A stretch of 64,000 bases of DNA from Hydrurus foetidus (taxonomy: Eukaryota). The first letter of the stretch is position 1, and each line of letters begins with the position of its first letter. The DNA lies in NCBI GenBank assembly GCA_900617105.1, contig UYFQ01000723.1:248001-312000 (forward strand). The letters are read 5' to 3'. Shown here one piece after another: positions 39,616-56,114 of this stretch. The position numbers and the translations under genes were made by a program. The notes under the pieces are model-generated. The model was not told the DNA's origin, did no database searches, and was given only the letters and a program-made list of their open reading frames with translations.

Positions 39616-40994
39616 ACCCTGTCATATTCTGCAACAGTTTCTTCCCAACTATGGTCAATTTGCATCATATATTTTCTCATTCACTCAAAGTGTTTTTTAT
39701 CTTTAAAACACTAATAGCACGACTTACAGAGTAATGAATATCCTCAACACTGGCATTGTTAAATCTAATACCAAAGCCATCCGAGTTCACCCATATCTTT
39801 CACAGTATCTTGCAAACCTCCTGTGCTTCTAACAATTGGCAATGTTCCATAACGTAAAGAATACATCTGATTCAATCCAAAGGCTCAACCCTGCTAGGCA
39901 TTAATAAAAAATCTGCACCTGCATATAGCAATGAGACAGTGCTTCATTATAACCAATATCAGCGTAATAAAAACCTTTGTATCTATCATTAAAATTAGAC
40001 AATTGCCATTCAACATTTGGTCCCACTGCCCAAAATCATAATACTGCATTGTCCATAAAACTATTCATAACAGCTTCAATAGCTGCTGGTAGAAGGTCTG
40101 CTGCTTTTTCACCAACAATCTTCCAATAAAACAAATAATGGCAATTCTGCATTAAATCCAAATTGTTCACAATCTCACCTTTATTTTTTGTTTGCCTTTG
40201 TTACACTTTTAAAAGTAAAATGATGTTGATATAAGTATCAGTTTTGGGATTCCAAACATCGTTATCAATACCATTTAAAATGCCATAACACTTTCCCTTT
40301 TCATATTCAAAAGTTTCTCTAATCCATTGCTGTTGTAGCGTAGTTCAGCCATATAACTATGGCTTACAGTAGTTACTTTCAAGCACATTTAATACCACTA
40401 GCTAAAGGATTAATTGTATCATTCCAATCAAGCTGCCCTTGTTTCCAAGTGTCATAAGCAGGAATGTAAATACTCTTATCAGCCCATCCAACCACGAGTA
40501 TTGTGCATTGTGAATGGTAAGAATGGTAGAATGCTAGACAACTTATTTCTAAAAGCCAAACAGTTTTGCATCATAAAAGGAATTAATGCAGTGTGATGAT
40601 CACGGCAATGCACCACATTAGGTGTGTATGCCAACTGTTAAACCAGCTAACCACAGCAATCTGAAAGGCTGTGAACCTTTCTGTATCATCATCATAGCCA
40701 TATATTTTTTCTCTGTCAAGCAAGCCAATAATTTCAACCAAATACAAATCAAAACCAGTTTATTTGTTTTTCTTTAATAATGGTAAAATCAAAAGTGCAT
40801 TACCCAAATAAGCACTGCCTTTAAAGTCAACAACAAATTCGTTGTGTATAAAACTTGGTTTTATACATTGGCATCTCCACTTTAGCAATGTGCCCAGCTT
40901 TGCATTGATACTTAGGCAAAGAACCAACCACATCACCCAAACCACCAGCTTTAGCCACAGGATAACATTCTGCACTTATATGAATAATTTCCAT
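39606..40994 (-). CDS. glgA: Glycogen synthase
   Basis: [75 protein letters not shown]. Confidence 0.9.
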
Positions 40995-41168
40995 CTTTAA
41001 AATATTTGCACAATAGTAATTATTAATATGGTTTTATAAAGTATTTTATTGTTATTTCATCCGAATATTTAAAAAAATTAAACTTTTAGGAAGTTGTATT
41101 TTGCTAAATATCTTTAACCCTCCTTATCCATTTTTCCCTTTACTTCGCCGCCCTAAAAATATTGTAGA

Positions 41169-43364
41169 ATGTTAGAGTTTGCAGGGCAAATTGCAGCCAA
41201 TAATCAGTTTAAAATAAATCAGGTAGGCTCGTTTTGCAATTACTTGCGGAGGGTTCAACTATTCCTTTATTGCACGATATAGAAAAGATAAAACAGGTTC
41301 TTTAGATGAAGTTCAGATTCAAAAATTCAAGACGAAGCTAAAAGCCTTAAAGACCTTAATGATAGAAAACAAGCCATAGAAAATCAATTACAGAACAAGG
41401 TAAAATGACTGAGGAATTGCAGAATAAACTAAATGCTGCTATCACCCTTTCTCAGCTAGAAGATATTTACTTATATAAACCCAAGCGTAGGACCAAAGCA
41501 CAGATTGCTCGTGAAAATGGGCTAGAGCCTTTGGCAACAACCATATTGCAGCAAACAAATATTGTATTGCTAGATGAAGCTAAAACTTCATTAATGAAAA
41601 CGTTAAAACAGAAGACGAAGCTCTGCAAGGTGCAAGAGATATTATATCAGAAATTATTAATGAAGATGCAACTGTTAGAGCCAAAATAAAAAGCTGTTTG
41701 AAACAGAAGCTACCATTAAAAGTGCTGTAGTTACTGGTAAAGAAGAAGAGGTGTAAAGTATAAAGACTACTTCGACTCTAACCAATTAATAGCAACCATC
41801 CCATCGCATAGAACATTAGCAATCTTGCGTGGTTTATGGAAGGCTTTTTAAAATGAACATTGAACCCGAAGAAGAATTTGCAATTTCTTTAATAGAAAGA
41901 ATTATACATCACAGCATCTTTAAATGAAAGTGTAACACAGGTTAAACGTGCTATAAAAAGATTATTATAAACGTTTGCTGCAACCAAGTCTAGAAACTGA
42001 ATTTAGAAGTCTTTAAAAACAAAAGCAGATGAAGATGCCATCAATGTTTTCTCAGAAAACCTTCGTCAATTATTACTAAGCTCTCCCTTTAGGTAGCAAA
42101 AGAATTCTTGCTATTGACCCTGGTTATAGAACAGGTTGCAAGTGGTTGTATAGACGAACAAAGGTTCTTTACACAACGATTTAATCTATATCCACGAGAA
42201 CAATAAAAAGCAACACAGCGAATATTTGATTAAAGATTTAGTAAGTAAATATGCTATTCGGGCATTTGCCATTGGAGATGGAACTGCTGGCAGAGAAACA
42301 ATTCATTAAACAACTGCAACTAAACTTACCAGTGTTTATGGTTAATGAAGATGGAGCTTCTATTTACTCTGCATCAGAAATTGCAAGAGAAGAATTTGGT
42401 AGTTATGATGTTACTGTTCGTGGTGCAGTAAGTATTGGCAGAAGATTGATGGACCCATTGGCAGAGTTGGTGAAGATAGACCCAAAAGTATTGGTGTTGG
42501 GCAATATCAGCACGATGTAAATCAGTTTAGACTAAAAGAACTAGACCAAACGGTTGTAAAGTTATTGTAAACCAAGTAGGTGTAACTTGAACACTGCATC
42601 AAAACATTTGTAAGCTATGTAAGTGGCATTGGCAGCAGTATTGCAGAAAATATTGTTGCACATACAGAAGAAATAGGCAAGTTCAATGATCGAAAACAGC
42701 TATTAAAAGTACCCAGACTTGGTGCAAAGCTTATGAACAATGTGCAGGTTTTGCAGAATTGCTGAAAGTAATAATCCATTGGACAAAAGTGCTGTAAATC
42801 ACGAAACATACAGTATTGTAGAAAAAATGGCTACAGATTTAAGCATTGATGTAGCACAAATGATTGGCAACGAAAAACTGTTGAATGATATTGATATAAG
42901 AAATATGTTACTGCCGAAATTGGTGCTATCACTGTTGCAGATATCATTAAAGAATTAAAAAGCCAGGTCTTGATCCCCGAGCAGAATTGGAAGTATTTGA
43001 ATTTGTACAGATATTTAAAATAGAAGATGTGATACCCGATTCAATTGTGCCAGGTGTTGTAACAAACCTTACCCGTTTTGGAGCATTTGTAGATATTGGA
43101 GTAAAGCAAGATGGCTTGGTGCACGTTAGTGAAGTACTGCATAAATACATCAGCGACCCCAATGAGGTTCTAAAACTCAACCAAAAAGTACAAGTGAAAG
43201 TGTTGGAAGTAGATGTTGTAAGAAAAAGAATAATGCTGTCTATTAAACAAACACAAGAGTTTAGTAGAGCTAAGCCAGACTATAAAAACAATAAACCTCA
43301 ACCCAAAAAAGAAACTTCAATGGGTGAAGCACTAAAAGCTTTGCAAGGGAAGTTTGGGAAGTAA
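41169..43364 (+). CDS. tex: Tex family RNA-binding transcription accessory protein
   Basis: [67 protein letters not shown]-terminal S1 domain [18 protein letters not shown]. Confidence 0.92.
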
Positions 43365-43428
43365 GGGAAGAAATAATATTCGGAGAACCGTCACTTCAAC
43401 GATATGAGAAGCTCTTTGAATGAGATTA

Positions 43429-43458
43429 CGCAGTTGTCGGTGTTCTTCACCAACAACA
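43429..43458 (+). repeat. REP-like palindrome, copy 2
   Basis: GTTGTCGGTG-TTCTT-CACCAACAAC. Confidence 0.7.
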
Positions 43459-43592
43459 TTGTGTGTATATTTGATAAGGAATATCTAACACATTATCCAT
43501 TATTTTTACTGGTACAATAATGTCGTTAATATCTTTATTAATTCAAGATGAATAGAAAGAAATTATTGCAAACATTTGGGAAGGCTGAGTTT

Positions 43593-43627
43593 GTTGTTGA
43601 TGAAGAACACCAACAACGGCGGAAAAA
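43593..43627 (-). repeat. REP-like palindrome, copy 3 (inverted relative to copy 2)
   Basis: Reverse complement reads TTTTTCCGCCGTTGTTGGTG-TTCTT-CATCAACAAC. Confidence 0.7.
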
Positions 43628-43634
43628 CTATTTT

Positions 43635-44030
43635 ATGAAAATATATTTTGTAATATTGTTGTTTTCTAGCCTTTCTTTCAGAAAAGAAAGCTACAGAATT
43701 AAAATTGATGAATACGGTATACCTTTATTCCTACAAAATAAATTTGACAATTTGGAAAACACTTGACGATAAAAGGCTCCTAAAAATGTTTCTAAAGAAT
43801 CATAGAGTGAAATGTATTTAGAGTGTTTTCAAAAGACTCTGTTCTTATTGAAAAAGGTAATTATATTAATTCTATCGATCTTTTAACCTCTTATCGAAAT
43901 ATTATTAATGGTATTTCGCTGAAACAAAAGATTGAATAGTTAAGTATTATCAACCATTGCGAAATGGCATTTGGTATCATTATGATTCTACTGGAAATAT
44001 TTTTTGAAAAAAAATATGATGCCAGTATTC
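43635..44030 (+). CDS. Hypothetical exported protein with MORN/YwqK-like repeat
   Basis: MKIYFVILLFSSL signal-like start and LRNGIWYHYDSTGN motif; frameshifted, 3' end approximate. Confidence 0.4.
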
Positions 44031-44289
44031 TAACTGATAGTTTTCTTGTGAAATCTCTTAAAATATTTCTAACAGTCGTTAGAATTATAGCGTACTTCAG
44101 TCTATGGTTTTAAAAGCTGTACTTAGAGTTTTAGCCATTATAATGAGCTATCTTCTTTATAAAATAACACTTGAATCAACATTTCTTTGTATAGAAATAT
44201 CTATGAGACTAAGAGCCTGTAGAGGTTGGAATATGGAATACTCGAAGAAGTAAATTGCCTAGCCGTAAATAAACTAAGAGCGAAAATTT

Positions 44290-44780
44290 AATATATTAAC
44301 TAGAAAATACCTTAAAAGTTCCTCATTGTATTTTGCCTCATTTTTAAACTGTCTTGAAACCAATTCTAAAACAGTTTTTATAAAGCTGAGAAACCTTGGA
44401 TTAGTTTTTGAATTTGGGGATAAACAATAAAAGTATTCGAAACGCCATCTTGGGTTATTAAAGTTTTGGTAATTATTCCATCTAACACTTTATTAGTAGT
44501 ATCACTATTCATTAATATAACTTTTGGTCATTAATTGCAGAAACAACCTTTTGCTTCACTAAAGTCTAGTTCGATGCTATCAAAAAAACGTTTTGTTTTG
44601 TATTATCTACAGCCCAATACTTTAATGTAGATTCACCTTTAGTCCAATTTTATTGTTGTATGATAAAAAATGAAGGATAAAATCAATTTGCAGAAATAGA
44701 TTTTTTCTTTTAGAGCATCCTAATGAAGTTATTATTAGAAAGTATATAATCCAATTATTAATACATTGTAATTTTTTCAT
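44290..44780 (-). CDS. Hypothetical AT-rich protein
   Basis: ATG at 44780 and fragmented coding-like sequence (PRWRFEYFY); no family recognised. Confidence 0.25.
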
Positions 44781-45017
44781 AATGAATAAATATTTAAGAA
44801 ATTAGTTTCCTGATTTTTGGTCTTTCTGAGAATACTCTATTGCATTATTTACATTTGGTTTTCTATGCTCCGCGTAAGAAATTTTTTTAATCAAAAGCTG
44901 GTAAATTATTTTTTGTCACCTGAGCTTTCATAACTACTGTAGGGCATATCTGTCCGCAGCATTGTTCCTACTTCATCAATTAATAGACTCTTTAATCGCT
45001 TTGAATTTTTAAAGTTA

Positions 45018-45054
45018 TTAAAAAGCTCGCTGAAATTTCAGCGAGCTTTTTAAT
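45018..45054. terminator. Perfect palindromic terminator downstream of recQ
   Basis: TAAAAAGCTCGCTGAAATTTCAGCGAGCTTTTTA. Confidence 0.85.
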
Positions 45055-45069
45055 GATATATTGGTATTA

Positions 45070-47344
<2,275 letters not shown>

Positions 47345-47566
47345 TTTAAATCAATCTGTTTATATAGGGCGATTAAATTTGGTAATAAAAATTTAAGGTA
47401 ATGCTTTTTTACAATCTATTTACATTTTTAAAAATAAAATTGCAAAATCATTATATAACTTTTTTTTTAAGGATGTCGAAGGTAATGTAAACAACCTTTT
47501 GAACAAGTGATATTTTAACTCTTTAGCTTTTTAACACAACTTCAACATTTGCTATTCCTGCTACCC

Positions 47567-47574
47567 TAAATTTG
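47567..47574 (+). promoter_or_regulatory. Bacteroidota -7 promoter element
   Basis: TAAATTTG upstream of ATG 47582. Confidence 0.55.
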
Positions 47575-47581
47575 CTTTGCT

Positions 47582-48536
47582 ATGCAATCAAAAATAGTTA
47601 ATGCTGCCAAAAACCATTGAATTAGAGGTTCAATCTGTTGAAGGATTACTTCCATTTATTAACGATCAGTTTATCAATGCTGTTAATGCCATTCACCAAG
47701 GAAAAGGTAGAGTTGTAATTAGTGGTATTGGCAAAAGTGCTATTGTGGGACAAAAATTGTTTCAACATTTAACTCGACAGGTACACCTGCTTTGTTTATG
47801 CACGCAGCCGATGCTATTAAATGGAGATTTAGGAATGGTGCAGCAAGATGATGTAATAATTTAATTAGCAAAAGTGGCGATAGTCCAGAAGTTAAAGTAT
47901 TGGTGCCTTTAATTAAAATTTTGGCAATACATTAATAGCTATTACTGGTAATTTAAAAGGTTATCTTGCCAATAACGCAGATATTATTATCAATTCAACT
48001 GTTGAGCAAAAGCTTGCCCTAATAATCTTGCACCAACAACCAGCACTACTGCACAAATGGTAATGGGCGATGCTTTGGCTGTTGCTTTAATGGAATTAAA
48101 AGGTTTTAATACTGCCGATTTTGCACGTTATCACCCAGGAGGCAATTTGGGTAAAAGACTTTATTTAAGAGTAAGGATTTGTTTGATAAAACTACTGCAC
48201 CCAAAGTAAACGTGAATGCCAGTTTGAAGGAAGTAATTGTAGAAATGACAAGCAAAAGACTTGGAGCTACTGCTGTTGTTGATGAAAATAATATTATAAA
48301 AGGAATTATTACTGATGGAGATTTAAGAAGGATGCTAGAGAAAAATATGTTTTCTAACGATATTCTTGCAGAAGATATTTACTCGGTAAATCCTAAAACA
48401 ATAGAACCAAAACCCTTACAATTGAAGCATTAGAATTAATGCGAAAGAATGATATCAGCCAACTGGTGGTGGCTAACAAAGATGTTTATTTAGGAATTTT
48501 ACATCTACACGATTTGGTGAGAGAGGGATTGTGTAA
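47582..48536 (+). CDS. KpsF/GutQ family arabinose-5-phosphate isomerase (SIS plus 2 CBS domains)
   Basis: GRVVISGIGKSAIVG, MHAADA..GDLGM, ACPNNLAPTTSTTAQMVMGDALA, YHPGGNLGKRL, GIITDGDLRR, GILHLHDL. Confidence 0.92.
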
Positions 48537-48542
48537 CTAAAC

Positions 48543-49174
48543 TTATCCTTCCACCAAAAAACAAAACTTCTTTGGGCCCATTGAACACCCACTACTAATG
48601 TTTTTCAATATCTGCTGTTCTGCTGGGGCCTGTTGCTAATGAAATGAGTGAGGGTAAATCGGTGCCATATTTTTCTTTCATATTGTTAATAGCATCTGCA
48701 ATATCATAAACTAACTGGTTTGTATAGGCAATACAAATATGCACTGGTGCATAAACACTATTATTTCTTCCACTTGCTGTGGCACTAGATAAAAGCAAAC
48801 TTCTGTTCTTGCTACTAAGGCTTCACAAGTTGTAATAGCCGCATCGCAATCGTGTAGGCTGATAGTATGATTAATGTTATTGAAATTATTCGCAGTTAAA
48901 ACAGTTTCTAGTGCTGCTTCTTTACAAATAATTTAGTCCAGTTTCTTTGCATTTGCAAGTGCAGATAATTGTTCTGCAAGCTCTGCATTATTGGTACAAA
49001 AGAAAATCTTCCTTGTAGTTTGGTGAAATTTTCAGCAAATTCTAGTTCTATATCTTGCGTTGGAGATTGATAAACAAATTCACTACTACTTCTATCAACA
49101 AAAGGAACAGGCACTGGTTTAGTGAGTGCCTGTCTTATTTTATTTAAAATATTTTCTCTGGTAGTAAGTGACAT
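48543..49174 (-). CDS. LUD-domain (LutC/YkgG-like) protein
   Basis: RENILNKIRQAL, ITTCEALVART, SVYAPVHICIA, ATGPSRTADIEK. Confidence 0.85.
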
Positions 49175-49175
49175 T

Positions 49176-51267
<2,092 letters not shown>

Positions 51268-51289
51268 ATTTCGGTTGCTCAAATTTGTA

Positions 51290-51685
51290 TTAATCATCGT
51301 GACCCGATACTTCTGCATCGCTCCACATTTCTTCTAAATTGTAAAACTTCTTGTTGCTGATTGCATCACGTGAACAACGATATTCACATAATCTATTAAA
51401 ACCCATTGTAGCGATTGTCTTCCTTCTTGCTTAAAGGTGCTTCGCCACAAACAGCTAATACCTGATCTTCTATATTATCAATGATAGCCTTGCATTGAGG
51501 GCCACTACCTGCTGTGCAAATAATAAAAAATCAGAGACTGATTCGTTAATTTTTCTCAAATCCAAACTAACAATATGCTCTCCTTTTTATCTTGAATAGC
51601 TTTAATAATTGTCTTGTAAATCTTTGAATTTTTCGCAAGCTTAGTTGGTGCTTTTGCGACTTTCTAGTAAAATTAATGGTTCCAA
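51290..51685 (-). CDS. rsfS: Ribosome silencing factor
   Basis: AIQ..GEHIVSLDLRKI, FIICT, WVLIDYVNIVVHV, YNLEEMWSDA. Confidence 0.9.
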
Positions 51686-51750
51686 TAAAAGAAGTTTTTG
51701 TTAATTCGTTAATCAGTTTATAAGTAGCAATTATTAAGTTGTTTTAAGTG

Positions 51751-51781
51751 ACTCTAAACTTTAAACTCTAAACTCTAAACT
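51751..51781. repeat. Heptamer tandem repeat (ACTCTAA)x4 in the rsfS/birA divergent intergenic region
   Basis: ACTCTAA ACTTTAA ACTCTAA ACTCTAA ACT. Confidence 0.8.
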
Positions 51782-51811
51782 ATTTAATATTTTTGCCAAA
51801 AGTAATACTCT

Positions 51812-52560
51812 TTGTCCAACGCATCAACCTTCTATAAAATTAGGCTCACGGTTTATTCAACTTTTGTCTGTGGACAGTACCAATAATTATGCCCTTGAAC
51901 TACTTAAACAAAATTTGGCTGATAGTGGTACTGTCATTTTTGCACAAGAACAAACTAAAGGTCGGGGACAAATGGGTAAAAATGGGAGGCTTTGCGAGGA
52001 GAAAATATTATTCTTACCATAATTGCAGATATTTCTGCCGTTCATATACAAAATCAGTTCAATTTGCTGGCAATGGCTGCCTTGAGGTGTTATGATTTTT
52101 AGCAAATACGCTGGAAATGCAACTGCCATAAAGTGGAGTAATGATATATACTGGAAGGACAAGAAGGCAGGTGGTATTTTAATTGAAACTACAAATCATA
52201 ACAACAAACTATATGCAATTATTGGAATTGGTATCAATATCAATCAAACAACTTTTGATAAAGCCTACTAAACCCAGTTTCCTTAAAACAAATTACTGGC
52301 AAAATTTTAATGTAATTGAATTAGCAAAAGACCTTTGTGATTGTATTGATGTCTGGTATAAAGTATTGCTATCTGAAAAAATGATCAACTTTTAATTAAC
52401 TACAACAATCATCTTTATAAAAAGAATAAAAGTAACGCTAAAAAGGGAAACGTTAAATTCAGTTGCACTGTCCAAATCTGTAAGCGATTTTGGCGAATTA
52501 CAAGTTGAAAATGGATTGTGTGATAGTTTTAAGTTTGGAGAAATTGAGTGGATGATATAA
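51812..52560 (+). CDS. birA: Biotin--[acetyl-CoA carboxylase] ligase (no HTH domain)
   Basis: VDSTNNYA, AQEQTKGRGQMGK, IKW.NDIYWKDKKAGGILIE, IGIGININQ. Confidence 0.9.
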
Positions 52561-52602
52561 AGAAGTTTCGTTAATATTGTTTACCAAAACCAAGACGACT
52601 GT

Positions 52603-54506
52603 ATGAAACATCTACTCACGTTAGTCTTCATCGTTTCAACACATATTTTATCTTTTTGCCAAAACTATCAAGGCAATCCGAAGGATACTATTATTTTAAA
52701 CCAATTAATAGACTCTGTAAATAATGCAAGTTCTGCCACATATACAGATTGTAAGAACACCATTTATAAGGCGAAGAAATTAGTACATAAAAGTGATAAT
52801 GAGTTTTACGCTGAGATTTTAATTAAAGAAGGTTATATTTTTTGAAGCGAGTGATTTTGCAAATGCTGCAAAAATTTGGGATAGTGCAGGCAAAATTTAT
52901 CAAAGGCTAAATAGTCCCTATGGTTTAGCTAATTGTTACAATAAAGTAGGGCTTTGTTGCATTTACAACACGAATTATAGTGAGGCATCAGAAAAATTAT
53001 TTAAAGGAATTACAGTTGCCGAGAAAATAAAGACACTAGCTTACTAGCAAAACTATTTACCAATGTTGGGCTGCTTTATGAGAGTTTAGAAGATGTTGAT
53101 AATGCCTTGCTATTTGCAAAAAAGACTATCCCATTAAAATTTCGTTAAAGACAGTTTTGGATTGGCAATAACATATAACAATATTGGCAACCTTTACTAT
53201 ACAAAAGGATTACTTGATAGTGCCATTGTGAATATTAAAATAGCTTGTGTGTTGCACAGCAAAAATAATCAAGCTGGCTTAATGGGAAGCATTTCAAACC
53301 TTGGGCTATATTTTTATGGCAAAAAGTACGATTCTGCCATTCAATATTTAACTTCGAGCAGAAAGTATATCAAAAAATAAATGATATTCCAGCAACAGCC
53401 AATTTAAATTCAATGCTTTCGGATGCTTACTTTAAAAAACAATTTATTACTTGCAGGAAAGTATGCACAGCAATCATACAACAGGAAAAAATGTAACCGA
53501 TTATTCTGTTTTAGAAAACATATATAAAGTATCGCATCAATATTATAAAGCAAGTAATAATATTTCTAAAGCGTATGAATTTTACAACTATTAGATGTTG
53601 TTAAAGATACACTTCACACACAAGCAAAAAATATAGAGCATCAAAAATTGCTATCAAGTATGAGTTAGGTAAAAACTTGTAGCTGATAGTTTACAAGCAG
53701 AACAAAAATCTTTATTGCCAATAACAAAACAATTCAAACCCGCAACAGTTTGTTAATAGTGGCATTGCTGTTAGTAATTGCTTTGGCCACTGCCATTATT
53801 TTATACAATAGAAGTAATTTATTTAAAAGCTATCATTACTGAACAAGAAAAGCAAATTGAAGCACAGCAAAAACTGCTTATCAATTAAAAACCTTGCAAG
53901 CACAAATGAACCCACATTTTGTGTTCAATTGTTTCAATACCATCGATTCGTTTATTCTTCAAAATAAACAATACGAAGCATCATTATTGGTGCAACGTTT
54001 CTCTAAACTTTCAGAAAAATATTAGAACAAACATCTTTAAACACAATTTCTTTTGAAGAAAATTAGAAACACTTACAACTTATTTGCAAATAGAAAAACT
54101 AAGAACCAATAATAGTTTGATTTTACTATTGAAAAGACGATGCCATTTTAAGTTATCAATTACCGCCAATGTTACTACAGCCTTTTGTAGAAAATGCAGT
54201 GGTACACGGCATTCGGGCATTACAAAGCAAAGATGGATTTATAAAATTGAGGTAAGTAATAAAGATAATTTTATTAAAATAAATATTGAAGACAATGGTG
54301 TTGGCAGAAGCAAATCTGCCGAATTAAACGAACAAAATATATCAACACATCGTTCAATGAGTATGGATTTAACCTTGCAAAGACTAAAAGCTTTGCACCA
54401 AAATTCTCACATAGAAAACTATTTACAATTTACCGATTTTGATAACGATAAAACTGGTACTTTAGTAACAATTAAAATACCAAAACAATGGATAATGGAT
54501 AGTTGA
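52603..54506 (+). CDS. TPR-repeat, LytS/YehU-type sensor histidine kinase
   Basis: Signal peptide, TPR repeats (AITYNNIGNLYY), TM segment, LQAQMNPHFVFNCFN H-box, LPPMLLQPFVENAV.HG, IEDNGVGR. Confidence 0.88.
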
Positions 54507-54582
54507 TAATTAGCAACTTTTAACCAACTTTACCAAAGTTTGTAGCTAGTTGTAATTTAATTTTTTGGAATTTAAAAACTCA

Positions 54583-55339
54583 ATGCTTAAAAGCAGTTTT
54601 AATAGATGATGAGCAAGAAAATATTAATGCCTTGCAAATAAAATTATCAATGGTTTGCCCCGAGGTAAGCATTGCTGCAAGTTTTACAAATCCCGCAGAA
54701 GCAATTGTTTTTAGTGATAATAGCGATATTGATATTTTATTTTTAGATGTTGAAATGCCTATACTCAATGGATTTCAGTTGTTAGATACTTTGCCATCAA
54801 GAAATTATGAAATAGTAATGGTTACTGCCTATGCTGAGTATGCTTTAAAAGCAATTAAGGCAAGTGCATTAGATTATTACTAAAACCTGTTGAGTATGAT
54901 GAACTGCGAAAAGCAGTAAATAAAGTGATAGAAAAACATCAAAAGAAAAGACAGATTATTAAACAAATAACAGAGCTTTCATCTGCAATAAAATATACAC
55001 ACCAGCAAACAGAAAAATATTATTACACTCGTCAAAAGATGCACACTGGGTGCAGTTATCTAATATCATTCGTATCAATGGCGAAAACAATTACAGTACA
55101 TTTTATTTGAATGATGGCTCCAAAATTATGGTTTCTAAAACCTTAAAAGAATTTGAAGAAAAATTAGAAACACAACACTTTTTCGGATTAATAGATCACA
55201 AATCATCAACCTAAACTATCTTACCAAATTATTAAAACCAGATGTGCTGATGGTGCAAATGACCGATGGTACCCAAATAGAAGTTTCTATTAGAAGAAAA
55301 GCAGAGTTATTGAAAATGATGGAGAATTTTAATGGATAA
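54583..55339 (+). CDS. LytR/AlgR (LytTR) family response regulator
   Basis: LIDDE, LFLDVEMP..NGF, VTAY.EYALKAIKASALDY.LKP, NNYSTF, VSKTLKEFEE, IEVS.RRK. Confidence 0.92.
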
Positions 55340-55354
55340 ACTATACTGCCTGGC

Positions 55355-55556
55355 AAGTCTCCTGCATATCCGTTGAGTAAAATATGTTACCTCGAAAGTT
55401 ACCTGCATATCCGTTGAGTAAATTATATTACCCCGAAAGTTTCCTAAATATCTGTTCAGTAAATTATGTTACCTCTCAAGTTTGTTGTATATCCATTGAG
55501 TAAATAATGTTACTGCAAAATTTTATTTAGTGTCTTTTAGTAAATAATTATTACAA
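55355..55556. repeat. 41-bp tandem repeat array (5 copies), each with a GTAA-N6-TTAC dyad
   Basis: AGTAA anchors at 55376, 55417, 55458, 55499, 55539; unit approximately AAGTTACCTGCATATCCGTTGAGTAAATTATGTTACCTCGA. Confidence 0.9.
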
Positions 55557-55587
55557 TATTTCGTATTTTAGCTTTAAAATTATTATT

Positions 55588-55904
55588 ATGGATACTACAC
55601 AAAATCAATGCCACATAATGGCAATTTGCTAAAACAACTGATGGCTGAAACTAGATTTACCCAAGCGGATTTAGCACGAGGATTAAACACCAATCAAACT
55701 GCTATCATTCGTCATCTTGCAAAATATACTATTAAAACAGATGACTTGTGGAATTTAAGCAAAACCCTGGGTGTAAATATGCTGGACATTTTAGCTAAAA
55801 CATCCTATTCAAACTCCTAGTGAAAAGAAGTTGCATTGCAACAAAGGGTAATAGATTTGGAAAAAGAAGTTGCCATTTATAAGGATCTGCTAAAAACAAG
55901 ATAG
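55588..55904 (+). CDS. Small XRE-family helix-turn-helix protein with C-terminal coiled coil
   Basis: HNGNLLKQLM..FTQADLARGLNTNQTAIIR..LWNLSKTLGVN, then LQQRVIDLEKEVAIYKDLL. Confidence 0.8.
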
Positions 55905-55910
55905 ATTTTC

Positions 55911-55995
55911 AGGATTTCTAATTTGAAGATTCGAAATATACTTTCAAGTTAAAACCGGAAATTCTCAAATCAGAAATCTTCAAATTAGAAATTCT
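55911..55995. repeat. 18-bp perfect inverted repeat (long hairpin)
   Basis: ATTTCTAATTTGAAGATT (55914-55931) and AATCTTCAAATTAGAAAT (55975-55992). Confidence 0.8.
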
Positions 55996-55996
55996 T

Positions 55997-56026
55997 ACAC
56001 TCACTCAATATTTGTTAACACTCACT
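55997..56026 (+). promoter_or_regulatory. Putative LytTR binding site (9-bp direct repeats, 12-bp spacer)
   Basis: ACACTCACT at 55997 and 56018 (21-bp period), weaker third copy near 56036, about 90 bp upstream of the fibre gene. Confidence 0.6.
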
Positions 56027-56114
56027 AAAGCATCAACACCCACACAAAGCAGCTTGTCTAGTTTATGAAAGATTTATAAATAGTCAATTATTTCTTTTAT
56101 ATAAAACTAACAAA

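Noticed and set aside
55355..55556. CRISPR array or type III toxin-antitoxin RNA repeats
   Set aside because: Units are contiguous with no unique spacers, there is no terminator between array and gene, and the downstream protein is an XRE-HTH rather than a ToxN/CptN/TenpN-like RNase.
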